From Nitrospirota bacterium (GTDB taxonomy: Bacteria; Nitrospirota; UBA9217), in the NCBI GenBank assembly GCA_963790205.1, contig CAWBNQ010000003.1:352001-416000 (forward strand): a stretch of 64,000 bases of DNA, read 5' to 3'. The notes under the pieces were generated by a model, which did not search any database, had not been told where the DNA came from, and saw nothing but the letters and a program-made list of their open reading frames with translations. The position numbers and the translations under genes were made by a program. Shown piece by piece: positions 63,681 to 64,000 of the stretch (position 1 is its first letter; every line of letters begins with the position of its first letter).

Positions 63681-64000
63681 ATGGGTAAAATGAAAGGAAG
63701 CAGTTCCAAGAAACTCGTTGCTTTGCTGTTGTTCTTTGGCGTGATGTTCTTGATCTCGCCTGCGGTCATTCTGGCGCAAAGCGCGGTCCCGGCGCCGAAG
63801 ATCGACACCGGAGACACGGCCTGGATGCTGGTGTCCACGGCGCTCGTGATGCTTATGACCCCCGGTCTTGCCTTGTTCTACGGAGGCATGGTAAGAAGGA
63901 AGAATGTCCTCGGGACGATCATGCACAGTTTTATTGCGATCGCCCTCGTGAGCCTTCAGTGGATACTGATCGGCTACTCGCTTTCCTTCGGTCCGGACAT
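63681..64000 (+). CDS. amtB: Third ammonium transporter (AmtB type), runs off window
   Basis: GGAGG RBS, signal peptide, [38 protein letters not shown]. Confidence 0.93.
   Translation, partial: MGKMKGSSSKKLVALLLFFGVMFLISPAVILAQSAVPAPKIDTGDTAWMLVSTALVMLMTPGLALFYGGMVRRKNVLGTIMHSFIAIALVSLQWILIGYSLSFGPD

Overview
A 64-kb chromosomal window from a GC-rich Gram-negative bacterium. Gene orders (cinA-thpR-recA-pilT-recX-alaS; dprA-smg-topA-xerC-hslVU-argB) suggest Nitrospirota or a Desulfobacterota relative; this is an inference only. The first half is mostly housekeeping: recA/alaS, mltG, peptide ABC permeases, seven tRNAs with tig-clpP-clpX-engB, and the topA/hslUV operon. The second half is accessory: a PAS hybrid kinase, a TIGR04282/TIGR04283-type glycosyltransferase cluster split by an infA + serine hydrolase insert, a CHASE3 pseudogene, and an alternative complex III (actA-B1-B2-C-D-E) with two single-base frameshifts. 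The most notable region is a nitrogen-scavenging island at 51.3-64 kb. It has four sigma54 promoters, each with the same tandem 17-bp upstream motif 130-134 bp away. They precede (i) a porin, an APC permease with a repetitive loop insertion and a downstream PP2C/Ser-Thr kinase fusion; (ii) an operon of PII, an SMR-like protein, an Amt with a remodelled ammonium-recruitment site and a PII lacking the R47 plug and Y51; (iii) canonical glnK-amtB; and (iv) a third amt. A PerR-rubrerythrin operon lies inside the island on the opposite strand. Many intergenic spacers carry 7-nt-periodic inverted-repeat hairpins or REP-like palindromes. No CRISPR array, rRNA, prophage or transposase was seen. All calls rest on visual motif recognition; no database search was run.
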